From: Lama glama
Taxonomy: Eukaryota
Direction of reading: 5' to 3'
Length of the DNA: 64,000 nucleotides
NCBI GenBank assembly: GCA_028534125.1
Contig: CM052817.1
Span: forward strand, 1,924,001 to 1,988,000
Positions 14,601 through 29,530 of the stretch are shown one piece after another. Numbering within the stretch: position 1 is the stretch's first letter; each line of letters starts with the position of its first letter. The translations under genes were made by a program, and so were the position numbers. The notes beneath the pieces were generated by a model, which was not told where the DNA came from, ran no database searches, and worked only from the letters and a program-made list of their open reading frames with translations.

Positions 14601-15529
14601 GGGCTGATGGCAGGACCAGGCCTTGACCCGGGAACCCACTGGGGGGATGCAGAGGCCCCTCCAAGTGCCCACATGTGCCCCTGCTGTCCTCTGCCTCTGC
14701 ACTCCCAGGGCTGACTGCAGGGAGGAGGGAGCCTGGCCGGCCCACCCCGTCCTGAGCACCTCCCCTCCTCCCGCCTGGGGCCTCGGCCCCTCTCGCAGGG
14801 TGTCAGAGGGCGTGTGCATGGCACATGGGGCACGGGGTCGGGGACACCGCCCCACCCCAGCCTCAGACCAGGACGCCTCTGCGTGTGGTCAGGCCCGAGG
14901 AGGGCCCTCTGCCGCCTGCAGGGGTTTCAGCCTAGGCTCTGAGAGCCCTCCCAGCCAAGGTCGGCCCCTGCCAGAACTGCACAGGTGCCAGGCAGGCTCG
15001 CTGGGCCGGTGGGCCTGGGGGTGGGGCTGGGCACCGCGTGGCCACCACGGGTCCCCAGGCACAGGGTGCTTGCTGGTAAACCCCCTCTTGAGTTTATCTT
15101 TCACGTTTTGGATCCTGCTGCCTTTAGGTGGCGCTTTCTCCCTGCAGCCGCCGCAGGTGCCACTGCTCTGGCCTCCTGCCCAGCTAGCCGGGCCTGCCGA
15201 GGCGGGGCCCCTTTCCTGCCCCTTCACGTGCACTGGGCTGGGCGGCCTGGCCGGTTCTCCCCAGCAGTGTCCTTCTGCAGAGCCCACCTTTGTCCTGTGC
15301 TGGAGGTCAGCGTCCATGTTCCCTGGCTCTGACTGCCGGTCAAGCCCTGGCAGAGGCCTGCTGAGGGCGGGCAGCCAAGGACCCCAGCCAGTGCCAGCAG
15401 CCACTTTGTCCAGGGTCAGCGTTGGGGGCCTCCTAGGAAGCCCCAGGAAACGGCGGGGCACTGACCCAGGCATGCAGCACTTAGCACTGCTATGTCATGT
15501 GTGCCCCTGCCCAGGGGTGCACAGCAGAG

Positions 15530-15755
15530 GGTCAGACCCAGCCCCGAGTCAGCCTGCCAGGGTTCAAGCCAAGCTCGGCCCTTTGCCCACAAGGTGACCC
15601 CACCTCTCTGCCCCTCACCCTGTTCATCTGGAAAATGGGAATAAATATGGTGCCAGCCTCCCTCATAAGAGCACCATCAGGATCAAAGTAGAAAACACAC
15701 GTGCCTGTGCTTGGAACGATGCCCAGTGTCAGACAGTGTGCAAATTCTCATCACT
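15530..15755. mobile_element. MIR SINE
   Basis: MIR core-like ctctctgcccctcaccctgttcatctggaaaatgggaataa; boundaries approximate. Confidence 0.65.
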
Positions 15756-16639
15756 GTCACCTTTGCAAGTGCCCGATCCCAGGTCACACACACAACTGGA
15801 TGGCAGAAAATAAATGCCTGGCTCAAGGTAGGATCAGTTTGCAGGAGGGAAAAAGGGAAGAAGGAGCACAGTGGAACAGAAGGCTTTGAAGAGGTGGGAT
15901 GTCAGAACAGGGTTTCGAAGAATGAATGAGTTTGCCAGTAGGTCCAAAGGCGAAGTCTCGGTGACCTGCTCGGAAAGGGGGGGGATTGCTTAACCTTCGC
16001 TTGTTCATTCCTTGATTCAGTTTTACGGAACCCCTTTCTGTGGGGTCCAAGGAGCACCCTGCCCGGCAGGTGGGGAGGCAGGTCTGGTGACGGGCGGTGC
16101 TGGTGCCAGGCAGTCAGGGCGGGGGGTCTGCCCTGGGTGGGACGGACACACCGCCTGCTCCTGCTACTCTGGCCTCAAGAACCGCGCTCACCCGGGCCAG
16201 CAAGCAGTCTCACCTGCAGGAGGGAAGCAGGCAGACGGGGCCGAGCCAGGGGTCTGCTTGGTGGCTGGAGCCCCGCTCCTGCCCAGCCTGGTGGTTTTAC
16301 GTTTATCGTACGTGTGAGCATGTTGGTCGGAGGATGGGTGGGTGGGTGGGGGTGGCCTGCTGGTGTGTCCCTGTGGGTCCCTGAGGGTGTGTTCCTGGGT
16401 CTTCCCTGCTGTGTCCTCTGCCCCTCGCACCCTCTGTCTTCCTGTCTGTCCTCTGGGTCTCCCCGTCCCCAAACTTTGCTGCCCCCCAATGTGCTCCTGG
16501 CCCCCCGCCTGTGTGAGCCTGGCCGGGCCGAGGTGGGGGCCGAGGCCTGCCCCGCGGGGATGCCTCACTGCGGGGGCTGGGGCTGAGCTGGGGTGGGAGG
16601 CAGGGCCGGGGGCCTGGGCTGCCAGTTTGGGGCCTGGCC

Positions 16640-17288
<649 letters not shown>

Positions 17289-20054
17289 TAGTTGAGAAGG
17301 GACCTGCAGAAGTCACTGGGCGGCGGGGAGGTCGGGAGACTGAGGCCCAACGAGGGCAGGGCTGGGACTGATCCCACTTCCCTGGGCCAGGGACACCCCC
17401 AGGGCACCTTTGGCACTGCCCTACCCCTGGGTCCCACAAGTGACCCTCTTGGCCTGCACACACCCGTCCCGGGGAGACCCAGGGCCAGCACAGGCGCCAC
17501 AGAGTGTCAGGCACTGCTGTGCAGACAGGGAACCCAAGGCTGGAGGCGTGAAGGAGGCTCAGCTGCCCGGCCTGTGAGTCTGCCTGTCCTCATGTGCTGT
17601 CATCTTAGCATCAGCCAAGCCAGCTGTGAGTACCGTGCAGCACTGGCCTCAGGGTCGGGGCAGGGTATGGAGGGCTCATGGAGAAACCTCGAGTGTCCAG
17701 GGGGGTCCCACTCCTGGGATGGGCCCCATTTGTGGAAGGACACATCTCTGCCCCCACCCTGTCCCACACCGGCCCCCTGCCCTGGCATCCTTGGAAAAAC
17801 CAAGTCAGGGCCAAGCACGGGGCTCCAGGCAGCAAGGGCAGTGCTGGCGTCCGGGAAGGAGCAGTGTGGCCCCACATGCCCAGCAGCTCAGAGTGTGGGG
17901 CCCAGGTCGATCTGCAGAGGGTCATGGGCAGGGCCAAGGTCAAAAGTGTGGAGAGGGTCACGGGAAGGGTAAATGTCAAGCCAGAGCGAGGGCTGCTGGG
18001 GAGAGGGGCACCATGAGCATGGGCCCTGTGGGCGGCCTGGGCAGCTTGCCCGTGTCTGGAGGTGGGGGGAGGCTGTCCCAGGAGGACGTGCAGGAGCCCA
18101 GCTGGTCCCAGCTGTGGCTGCCACGGGCAGGGGAACAAGATCCAGCCAGGGCTGCGTGCAGACTGGGCCCTGCGGGCTGGCCTTGGGCACCTTGAACCAC
18201 ACTCTAGGGGTGAGAGGACCCTCCCCCGCAAATAGACAAGGAGAGACCCTCACCCCTCCTGCAGGGCCTGTGGCTCCGGGCCCCTCTGGAGCATGGAGAC
18301 ATGCAGAGGCTTGCTCCCCATGGCCCTGAACAACCAAAGCTTGTTTCAGTTGCGTCAATTTAACTTTTCTTGGCCCTTGGAGGACCAGGTCCCAAGCCTG
18401 GCGCCATCCAAAGGCCACTTCTGACCCACAGCCTCGACCCCAGCCAGGCCCTAGGGCGGAAAGGAGGTGGCTGCTGGGGTCCGAAGGCATCAGAGTTACT
18501 CAGGTAGAGGAGGCTAGATGCCAGCCACGCACTCCTGACAGGAGGCCTGCGCTGTCTGCAGGCAGGGACGCAGACGCCCCCACCCCACCGCTCACCAGCG
18601 CCCCTCGGTGCCTGGCGAGGAGGGGGCCACAGAGGTGATGCTGGCTGTTTTACTGGCCTTCTCTCTGACTCTGTAACTCATGGGATCTGATTGGTGTCTG
18701 GCCGGGTTATTCATTATTTATCCTGAAAGCCTTCATCAGGGTCCCAGGGGAAGGATTCTGTTCCACTCTGGGAGGCGGGGATGTGGGCTATGGAGGCCAC
18801 AGGAGATGCAGGTGTGGCAGAGCGGGGCCTGGCCTCCTCCGGAGCCTCCATGTGCGCCACTGCAGTCCGGCCTGGGGTGCAGGCTGCACACATGTACAGC
18901 ACTTCACAGTTTGTGAAACACTTGCACACGGCAGCCCTTTCCAGCTCCCACTCGCTGAGGGGGAAACTGCGGCCTACAGCAGGAGGGGGACTTGCCCAAG
19001 GCCACACAGCCCTTCCCAGGCTTTGGCTGGTTGACTCATTCTTTATCTCCCCACCCCCAACAGCCAGAGCTTCCCACAGCAGAGGCTCTTCTTATTTTTC
19101 CATAGTAGCTCTTTACATATTAAGGTTGACAGTTAAGGAAGCCTGGGGGGTGGCCTGGTTCCGTGGAGCGTGCTTCACTGGAATGCCATTTAGGGGCTTC
19201 CCGCACTAGGGACAGGCCTTTCCTCATTTCTCCAAGGAGTGGGCTGGCTGGGGTGGGCAAACAGGAGCTGGGGGCCCCAGAGGGCTGGGGGGAGCCCAGG
19301 CGGAGGGTGCAGTCATCTGCCCCTGTGCCTGCACAGCCTCCTGGTGGGCAGCGGTCCAGTGGTCGTCCCTACATGGTCTTTTCTTGGCTTCCTGCTGAGG
19401 ACACTGCTCAGTGGCTATTGAGGTGGCCAACTCCCGCCATGGCCAGCCTCTGCTTGCTACCTGAGCCACAGGCCCCCCTGCCAGGGGTGATTCTTTCAGA
19501 GGGTCAGCTCATTATTTCCAGTGACCGCTGTGACCACGGCCACATCCTAGCAGGAAATCCATGTTAGGAGACAGGAGCCACTTGGCCACGGGTCACTCTG
19601 TAGCTCGAAGGTCTTCCCACGTTGGGAGGAATGTGGGTCAGAAATGTGGGGGTCTGCAGACTGAGGCTGAGGGCACAGGGAACCCTGGGCCTTAGGAGGC
19701 AGAGAGCCCTCACCGCCCCCATTTGCTGGCCTGGCCGGGGCTGCCCTGCTGTCCTGTGGCCCCATCTCCCCATCTCTCACCTCCCAGGGGACAGCCAAGT
19801 CCCAGGGGCCTGCAGGGCCTGTCTGCAGGGCTGGGCAGGGTGCCAGGCCCGGGTGGGCAGAGTTGTGCCGTGCAGCCCCTCGGCCTGGGGTCTGAGTAGC
19901 GATGGGGGTGTCAGGCAGTGGGAAGGGAGCCCGTCAGGCCCAGCCCTGCTCCTCCTGCCACCTTCAGCCAAGAGCGATACCTGGACGGCTTGCTGTCTGC
20001 CAGGCACCAGGCGCTGTCTCCTTAAATCCTCCAACAGCCGTCTGAGGAGCTCGC

Positions 20055-20205
20055 ATCTTTGATCATCCCCATTTTACTGGTGTGAAAATGGAGGCTCAGA
20101 GAGGTTAATGAACCTGCCCACAGTCACACAGCAAAGTGGTGGAGACAGACACAGACTCAGATCTGCTGGACACTGAAGCCTGTGCCCCTGACTCCTGAGC
20201 TTCGT
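20055..20205. mobile_element. MIR SINE in MSANTD1 intron 1
   Basis: atccccattttactggtgtgaaaatggaggctcagagaggttaatgaacctgcccacagtcacacagc, typical MIR core. Confidence 0.75.
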
Positions 20206-20610
20206 GCTCCTGAGGCGTCCTCTTTAGAAAAGCACATTTATCACATTGCGTTATTTTACGTGTGCGTTATTCATCGCATTTTACGCCCATGTCTGTGTTG
20301 TGGATTTTACTGTTGCTGGCTAATTTATTTAAACGCAGTATTTGTTCACTGCAGAGTTTAGGAAACAGGAAAGCCAAGAGAGGGTGGTAGGAATCAGCCC
20401 AAGGTCCGTCACTTACAGACCGCCTCGTCCACACGGGGCGCGCTCTCCCTTCTCCGCATCCAAGGCGCTGTAGGTCCTGAGACTGAATTCTTCCTAAGTC
20501 CACCGTCACCTTGTCCTGGAGCCTGGCCGATTTTTCTGAGGAGGCCGAGAGTGGCTCCCACCCGTGCCACGAGGCTCCCGGGTCCGGAGCCCCGAGGGCC
20601 CCTCTGCTGA

Positions 20611-20952
<342 letters not shown>

Positions 20953-22219
20953 TAGTGTGCGCTTCCTCCCGCCCCCACGGGAGCCAGTGGGGCCAGGCCG
21001 GAGGAGGAGGGGCTGGGAGCCGCGAGGGGCGTGGCGACCGCGTCCCTGGAGGCCCAGGTGGTGTGCAGAAGCCTCCCGGGACAGGGAGGCCGAGGGCAGG
21101 AAGGCAGGTGGTCCCTGGAGCCCGGCTGCCGAATCCACAGACTGGGATTGTCTCCCGGCTCTGTCACTGCTGGGCCGTGCGAAAGTCCTTGACCTCTCTG
21201 GGCCTCAGTCTCCCTCTGTAACATGGGGATAAATCAGGACCTTCTCCAGGGAGGACTGGCACTATGGAGGCCAGAACAGACCCGGGCACCTGGCCCACCC
21301 CTTGGCTTCCGGCTCTCAGGGTCCCCTCACCCCAAGCAGACCATGGGTCTGGGGTCCCCTGGGGCCCCTTCCCCCTGCGCTTGGCTGGCCGGCCAGTCCT
21401 CAGCACCAGGGAGGGGTGTCAGACTGAGCCCCCAGGGGGTCCTTGGAGCCTAGTTGCGGCGGGCGGGCCCGGCCCATGTGCTGTCCATTGTGTCCCACTG
21501 GGCGTGGGCCAACCCCACCTCAAGATGCCATTCAACAGTGTGCGGGAGACACACCCCTGTGGTGTGGGGCCGGGGTGACGGGAGGTGGCGTTTGGCTGGG
21601 CTTTCAAGGGTGAATAGGAGTTGGCCAGTGGGGAAGAGAACGGGAAGGGTGTGGGTTTGAGCTGCCAGACGTGCGGGCGGGGACGGCACCTCTGGGCGTC
21701 CCTGCAGTCTGACACCCGCGTGTCAGGGCTGCTGCTCCAGTGCCCCTTCCTGGTGGCGTTTCTCAGCAGAGGCCTCTGACAGAAATGTCTTTGGGAAGCC
21801 TGAGGTTTATGGAGATTGAGCCGAGTTCCCAGACTGATGGCTGCCCCAGGCATCGCACCAGGACTGGGACTTGGGGCTGCGGTCCCTCTGGGTCCGAGCT
21901 CCACTCTCCTGCCCCTGAGGTTGGCTGGGTCACCGTTCTGCACGGAAGTGCAGGGCTGGGGCCAGGGGACAGGCAGGGCCTGGGGGTCTGGTGGGATTTG
22001 GCAGCTCCCTGCCTCCCAGTGGGGGCCAGTTAGACCCGGGGTGCCCCCCACCCCCAGCAGAGTGCAGGCTGTGGGCCTTGGCTCCTCCACTGCCTGCCCA
22101 CCAGAGGTTTTGGTCCTGGGGGGCAGCCCAGGCCCCTGTGGCCTGACCCCTCTGGGTGCCTGTCCCCCTGCGTCCACCCCCAGGGCATGCTGGCCTCACC
22201 ACAGGCTGCTGGGAGATGA

Positions 22220-22750
<531 letters not shown>

Positions 22751-22876
22751 GCCGCCGCTGGCGCTGGCCAGGCTCTGCTGGCACACGCCCCCTCGGCCCG
22801 CCCGCCTGCCCCCTCACAGTCCCGGCTGCCCTGGGGGAAACTTCCTTCCAAGGGGCTCTCGAGTCCCGCCTGCAGC

Positions 22877-22882
22877 ATTAAA
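22877..22882 (+). terminator. MSANTD1: Candidate MSANTD1 poly(A) signal ATTAAA
   Basis: First hexamer after the stop codon; other candidates exist further downstream. Confidence 0.3.
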
Positions 22883-25199
22883 GCCCCGCCTTGGGCTCAG
22901 GGCCAGCACTTCAGGGTTAACTCCGGGTTGTTCCCCGTGGGAACGTCCCAGAACCTGCTCTCCAGCACCCTCAGTCTTGATGGTACTTGAAACAGCTCTG
23001 GATGCTAAACGTGTAAGTTCCATCACTCCCTGATAGCAGAGCCCACGGGCGCAGGCCTGGAGGGAGGCAGCAGGTCAGTCAATCTGAGAGCAAGGCAGGT
23101 GGAGAGAGCTCCGAGGCAGGTCTTTCCCTTGCCTGAGCCTGCTGCGTCTGCCCTCGGACAGCTTCTGTCCCCAGGGCAGACCCCAGGGTCCGCACTGCGT
23201 TCCTCCCCCGGAGATGCCAGGAGTCTCGAGTCCTCCTCTGTAACAACACTCATAAAAGCGAAGGCCCCGTTCAATTGCCCAGCCCAGGGATGTGGGGGGA
23301 TGAGACGGAGGCCTGGCCATGGGGAGACAAGCCAGTGAGTAGAGAAGGGAGGTCAGAGCAGGTTGTGAAAGTGCCCGGAGGGCAGGGCTGCCTGCAGGAT
23401 GCAGACCCGGAGGCACCGGCCGCAGACACGCACAGCTGGGGGGTGTGGCGCCTGGAGCAGCGGCTGCGTGGGAGGCCTGCGCTCCCCAAGCCCGGGGAGC
23501 GCTCTGGCCAGGAAGGTCTTGGCAGCCACACTCAGAACCCCATCTGGGAGGGAGAGGGGCTGGGGTGCGGGGGTGGAGCCTTTCCAGAAGCCTCCCCGCC
23601 CCCGGCCCCACCGGAGTCACATCAGCTGCTGGGCTTCCGTCCAGGTGGCAGAGGACAGCGGGGCAGGTGCAGCTGGAAGAAGCGGTCCAGCAGAGTCGTG
23701 AGTTGTCTTCTGGGTATGACGGGGACCCGAGCCTGGGGCACAGCTGCTTGGCAGCTCCGGGGAAGCTGTTTGGAAGAGTGGGGAGAGGCCACTGCTCCTG
23801 TGACTTTGGTAGGGCGTCCGTGCTGTCAGGGACACGTCCCAACAGAAGATTACAGCTGGTTACCAAGAACAGACACCTCGACTCCTGGGTTTGGTGCTTT
23901 TCTCTGTATGGGAAGAATCTGGGCTTATTAAAATTCTCCCGAGATACACAACAACCTGCCCACGGGCCTGTTTGTCCAGAACACAGGACACCCGTTGTCC
24001 TCACGGCCTTGGTTTGGAGGCTGAGGGCTTCATCCTGTCCCTGCCTTGATTCCTCTCAGGGTGCATAGTCAGCGACGGCCACAGGCCCACCCTGTATAAG
24101 GGGGTGGGGAGCAGAAACACTCTTTTGTTCTTTGTTCTACATGGAATGTAGAATTCACCCTGGATGAGCGAGTCGCTGGCCCTCCACGGGGCTCCGGGGG
24201 CTTGGTGGGTGGGCAAAGCTCCCTCTGGCTTTGCCCGGCTGACTCTCGGGTTTTTGGGGAGGATGGGGAGTGGAAGCAGGGTCCCTGTCAGGAGGTTGCC
24301 ACAGTCATCCTGGTGTGACAGCCACCAGCTCACCTGAACCTCCAGTGGCCCTGAAGTCAGCTGGCAGTAATTGGGAGCCCCTGTGGTCACGGGGGCTGCG
24401 GAGGCCAGCCCGAGACCTGCCTGCAGGAGGGAGAGGCTGGGCGCCCCGTGCACAGAGAGCAGAGCTGGGCGGCCAGGGGCATTTGCCCAGAGCCCACCTC
24501 CTGGGACAAAGCGTCCTGCTTTGGGACCAAAGGCAGCAGTGTGTTTGGTGAGTGAGTCGCAGGCTCTGGGGCAGAGGGGAACCCTGATGTATAAATATTC
24601 CCCCCAAATCTGCTGCCCACCTGACATCGCTGGGCCATCACGGCAAAGGGTTATGCGCAGCTGGCCACCAGTCCCCACACAGACGGGGACCTGAGCTCCA
24701 GGCTCGCCCTGCTGAGATTCCAGCTCAGCTGCCCACCTGCCTCTTGGACGAGACACCAGCACGAGAACTCACTGGATTAACTGACACAGGCCCTGCTCGG
24801 CTGGGCCTGAGAGGGTCTGCCACTTGCGGCCCCGTCAGGGTGGTCCCACTTGCAGCCCCCCGCACGTGGCAGACGGAGGGTCTGGGTCGTGTTGCAGAAT
24901 CTTAACCGTAAACAACATTGCGTGCGTTCCTAGAATCGGGGTGGTGGCGGATTAGTATTTCAGAAACTGTGAGTTACAGTTCCAATATGTTATTTGCATT
25001 TTTGCAATCTTGTTTAGAGGTGATGGGATCTGTTTTCTCTTCCCTGCTCTTCCATCATTTACGGTCCAGTGGGACCCAGCTGGGACTCCTGCTGCTCATG
25101 AACAGTGTGCCTCTAACTTTCTTCTGTAGTTACTGATCTGTTACGGAGGAAGAAGTGGCGATCTCCACCAACGCTAAAACAGTTGATAAGATGCAGCAG

Positions 25200-25700
25200 A
25201 ACGGCACTTTAAGGCTGAAACCTAAAATCAAGAGCCAGACAAATGAGCCAGCTCTCACCATCATTCTTTTATGTGGTTTTGACATTTGTCACTAATGCAT
25301 TAAGGCAAGTAAAATAAACAGGATAAGAGATGAAATTAATTAAAAAAACCCTTAATTTTCAGATATTTTTGTATGCTCAGAGAACCAAATTATACAGAAG
25401 ATCAAAAGCTCTTAAACCACCTTAAACCTGTTAAATATGAGAATGGAGAAGTATTTAAGCAGAAAGGCAAAGGCTCCATATGAAGAAAACTTTTCAGTTT
25501 TATTGAAAATTTTAAAACAATCCTTAGCAGGTGGAGAGACTTGGCTTAACTCTGGGAAGTCCAGAATAAACTAAAACAAAATGTCACTGATAGAATTCCA
25601 ATTCTGTTCTCAATAAGCCTGCACTTTTTTGTTTGTTTTGAAACGGATGAAATTATTTTAAAATTCGTGTGGAAAAGGAGCAGAGCCAAAGTTCCGAGGC
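25200..25700 (+). mobile_element. Old L1 (L1M-type) ORF2 fragment
   Basis: A-rich tract resembling decayed L1 ORF2 (ctctcaccatcattc...aatgcattaaggcaag; ctccatatgaagaaaact). Confidence 0.5.
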
Positions 25701-25886
25701 CGATGAAAGTGGGGGGACGTGCTCAGCCCCAAGACGCTGGGGGGCCTGGGGGCCACAAGATAAAACAGGCGTTTCCTGCTTGCGAGGCGGGGAGGTCTCG
25801 CCTCGGCTGGTGGGGGCGTGAGGGGGGAGCTGGGCGTCACCCCGCAAGGCTGAGGGAACCTGCGCTCTTCAGCAGGGCCACCCGAG

Positions 25887-27771
25887 GGCTGGTTCTCAAA
25901 CGGGGGCCGTGGGACCCCTACAACCCTCTTAAAAACTGCGGTAGATGCGAAAGAGCTTTTGTTTCGTTGGGTTCTATCAGTATCAGTAGCTCTTACAGTG
26001 CCTTCTTAGACGTTAAACCCGAGATTTTAGAAGTATTTATCCACTTCAGCATAACCATAAACCCATGACAGGATAACATGCATGACAATTGCGTGAAAAT
26101 GTATATCTTCCAAAAAGAGAAGTTTTAGCAAGAAGGGTGACATTGTGTCCCATTTCCTTCACTCTCTGTTTGCGAGAGGTCGGCGGGCTCCTCCCGCTGC
26201 GGGAGCGACTCGGTTCCGGAGTGTGAGAATCGGTGGGAACGCGGCCTCACGCGGACGTGTGTGTTTGGAAAAGAAGGAAGGTTCTAATAACACCTGCGGG
26301 CCGCCGTGGCCCTTCCTCCTGACGACACCCAGGCTGGACACGCTGCGGTCGCTTGCGGGCTGGTTGCGTGTGGACTCTGAAATCGTATCAATGGACTTTC
26401 ACTCTGTGTCTCATTGGAATCCGTCAGTCCGTCCTGCCCTTGGACAAGTCTTTATCCCTGCTTGCTTTTGTGACATCACACACTGGGCATTTGGAAAATA
26501 ACGGATCACCAAGCCCTGCGGGTCTTCTAAATGTCAGCACAGTCATTGAACAGTGTCCAGGCGTCACCTTTGTGAATATCACTGTCAGCCTCATCGGAAA
26601 AGTCTTTAGTTCAGTAAGTTGGCAAACTCATGGTGGTGGATACAAGCTTTTCAAAATTCCAACTTCGGAGAAAATGCTCAACTGGAAAAGACACAAGCAC
26701 CTCAGTGTTCACAGCAGCACGATTTACAATAGCCAAGACATGGGAACAACCTTAATGTCCACTGACAGAGGACTGGATAAAGCATTTGTGGTCTATATAC
26801 ACGATGGAACACCACTCAGCCACAAAAAGGAAATAATGCCTCTTGCAGCCACATGGATGGACCTGAAGACCTAAGTGAAGTCAGCCAGAAAGAAAGGCAA
26901 ATAACATATGGTATCACTGATTTGTAGAATCTAAAAAAAAGATACAAATGAACTTCTTTACAAAACAGAGACTCACAGACAGAAAACAAACTTATGGTCA
27001 CCCAACGGGAACGAGAGGAGGAGGATGAATTAGGAGTTTGGGATTAGCAGATACAAACTACTACGTATAAAACAGATAAACAACAAGTGTCTACTGTATG
27101 ACACAGGGAACTGTGTTCAGTAGCTTGTAATAAGCTATAATGAAAAAGAATCTGAAAAAGAATACATATATGTGTGTGTGTGTGTGTAACTGAATCACTC
27201 TGCTGCACACCAGAAACACGTAACGTTGTAAATCAACTATACTTCAATTAAAAAGCCTCTAAATTTCGCGCAAAAGCTTGAATTTTATCGTTGATCTTAC
27301 GCTGTGGGTTTTCCATGATGGGACAGGCTCACTTTGGGCGTTTTCAAGAAAATGTCTGCCAGGTTCCCAAGTCTGAATAATCAGTTTCTGTCAGTCCTTC
27401 TTTCCCACAGAAAGCCGCTCCGTTAGACGGAACCACACAGCTGGGCCGGCGGCCCCACGCCTGCGCACGAGGCCGAGGTGGCAGGGCTCCGGCGCACTCG
27501 CCATCCTGCCTCACAGAGTTTTCAAAAGTTGTGGATTCAAGATTTTAGAACATCAACTATTTTTACTGCCCATCGGGGACGCTCAAGTGAAACTAGCACT
27601 TTCTGTCGCCACCGCCAGCATCTGGTACCTGCCCTGATCCGTGCCGGAGACTCACCATGGCAAGTGCCAAACACTGAAGCTGCACATGAATTCTTCTCCT
27701 TATTGTCACCGAAGAGTTTGGCCACAGGGACCCTCGGAGGAGGGGGCACCGATCACGGTTTGAGAAGCTGC
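25887..27771 (-). mobile_element. hAT-Charlie DNA transposon (Charlie1a-like), interrupted by an L1
   Basis: Inverted termini ggctggttctcaaac (25887) and gtttgagaagctg (27759-27771); minus-strand ORF 27537-27749 keeps transposase remnants (ARIRAGTRC; VLVSLERPRWAVKIVDVLKS). Confidence 0.8.
26667..27254 (+). mobile_element. 5'-truncated cetartiodactyl-type L1 (ORF2 end and 3' UTR) nested in Charlie1a
   Basis: ORF2 C-terminal remnant (HSSTIYNSQDMGTT...IMPLAATWMDL); 3' UTR ends tgtaaatcaactatacttcaattaaaaa; degenerate target duplication aaaattccaacttc / aaagcctctaaatttc. Confidence 0.85.
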
Positions 27772-29530
27772 CTTACGGAGACTCGGCGTGTGCGGAGGGC
27801 GGTGCACCTCGCTGTGCTTTCCGCATCCCAGGACTGTGACCCCAGGGGCGCAGAAGATACCCCTTCTCCCTTCACCTCACAGCTGTCCTACTGACCACCT
27901 ACTGTGTTCTCCACAGGGGACACAGTCACGTAAATCAGAGGTTGACAGGGGGCTGGAGCCCGACTGCAGACAAAGTAGGTGAATGGTTATCAGTTAGGAC
28001 TCTGGTGCTTTACAGAGGGGGATGGAGGGCAGGGGTGGGAGGGTTACCCAGACCTCCAGGCACTGGCTGAGTCCAGAGTCCCCTCCAGGACTCCGGGTGC
28101 CTCGGGGGTCTCACCCCGAGGGGGGCTTGTGGCAGAGGGTGCTGGGAGCAGTCCCACTGCATCCACCTTGGGTGGGCTGGGGGGACCCGCACCATCCTGA
28201 GGTCACCCACCCAGGTCCTGAATGTCTACGGGACCATGGAACTGGCCCAGTCCCCCGAATGGCCCCAGAACCACCTTACCTTCCCAAAGACAAGCCTTGA
28301 AAACGGGAGTGGGGGCCCCGACACATCTTGGTTGGCTTCTGCAAGACGGGCGGTCTTGGAAGACAGCGTGACTCCCATCAGCTCCGCCCAGTGAGGGCGC
28401 CCTCTGCAGCTGCCGTCATCCACGTGAGGCTCTTCCTGGGGCAAATCACCGGCCTGCGGACAGGCAGCCCGTCCGCCCGGCACTGTCCCTGTTGGCTTTG
28501 ACTCGCCATCCTCTCCTTCCTGAGAGGCCACCTCAGCTCCCTGCCTGCACCACCTTTGTCTTCAGGGACCTCGTGTCTCCACCCAGCAGAGCCTGTCTGT
28601 CCACGGGGGTAACGCAGTCATGCAGTCAGCCCAGGGGATGCGGAGGCAGCAGGTACACTGGGCGGATGGCGAAACCCACCTGCGTGGAGGGAGCAGAGAG
28701 CCGGTGAGAATGCAGGGCCCGACCAGGGGTGGGGCAGGTGGCAGTTCCTGGCGCAGGGACCCCTGGGCCTGGGCTTCAGGCCCTCGTGGAGACCCTGGGA
28801 GCCGCTACTCTTCCCCGGTGACCCCTTTGTGCCCAGCCCAGTGAGCGCGCACGGCATGGTCTGCATCCAAGAACCACCCTTGGTCTTGTCTCTCCCGCCC
28901 ACTTCCAGGCTGCGGCCTTGGTGCTCGGCCTCCAGGGCACCTTGGCTTTGCAGCCTGTGTTGTGGGAGTGCAGCCCCACCGTCCTCCTGTTCCGTGTGAG
29001 GTGGATGGGGCGGGTGCACGGGCTTCTCTCTCCTCGTGCTGCGGGCACCCCTGGCGGCCCTTGCTCATGCTCACACGCGTTTTGAAAATCAGAGCAAGTC
29101 AGCAGCTTCAGGGAAAGACAGCTTCACAGCAGAGGAAACATGGGTGTGTTATGCTCAGTGGCTCACGCGGTGGGGATGGGCCCCCAAGGACGTCTTTCCA
29201 CACGGATCCCCCGGGTCTCAGCACAGCCGGTGGAAAACACTGTCCCGTCATGACTGAGCGGTCTGGGCATCTTTCTCGGAAATCAGTTGCCCTCAAACGT
29301 GTGTGTCTGCACCCAGAGTCTGTGTTCTGTCCCTGGGTGAGTGGAGTCTGCCCACATCTCAGCAGACTGTCCTGGGCACTGGGAAGTCTTAAAAGCTGGA
29401 ACAATAAATCTTCCAACTGTGTTATTCTTTTTATAAATTGTTTTGGGTGTTTTCAGTTCTTTGTGTTTCCACAACTTGTTAAGTGTAGTGAAATACGTGT
29501 ATCTTAAAACCTACCATTTTAACCATTTTC

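Noticed and set aside
12819..15597. 259-aa and 324-aa ORFs between HTT and MSANTD1
   Set aside because: No recognisable homology, overlapping ORFs in several frames and GC-driven composition.
23075..24762. 309-aa and 253-aa minus-strand ORFs downstream of MSANTD1
   Set aside because: No domain, splice or codon-pattern support; consistent with chance ORFs in GC-rich UTR or intergenic DNA.
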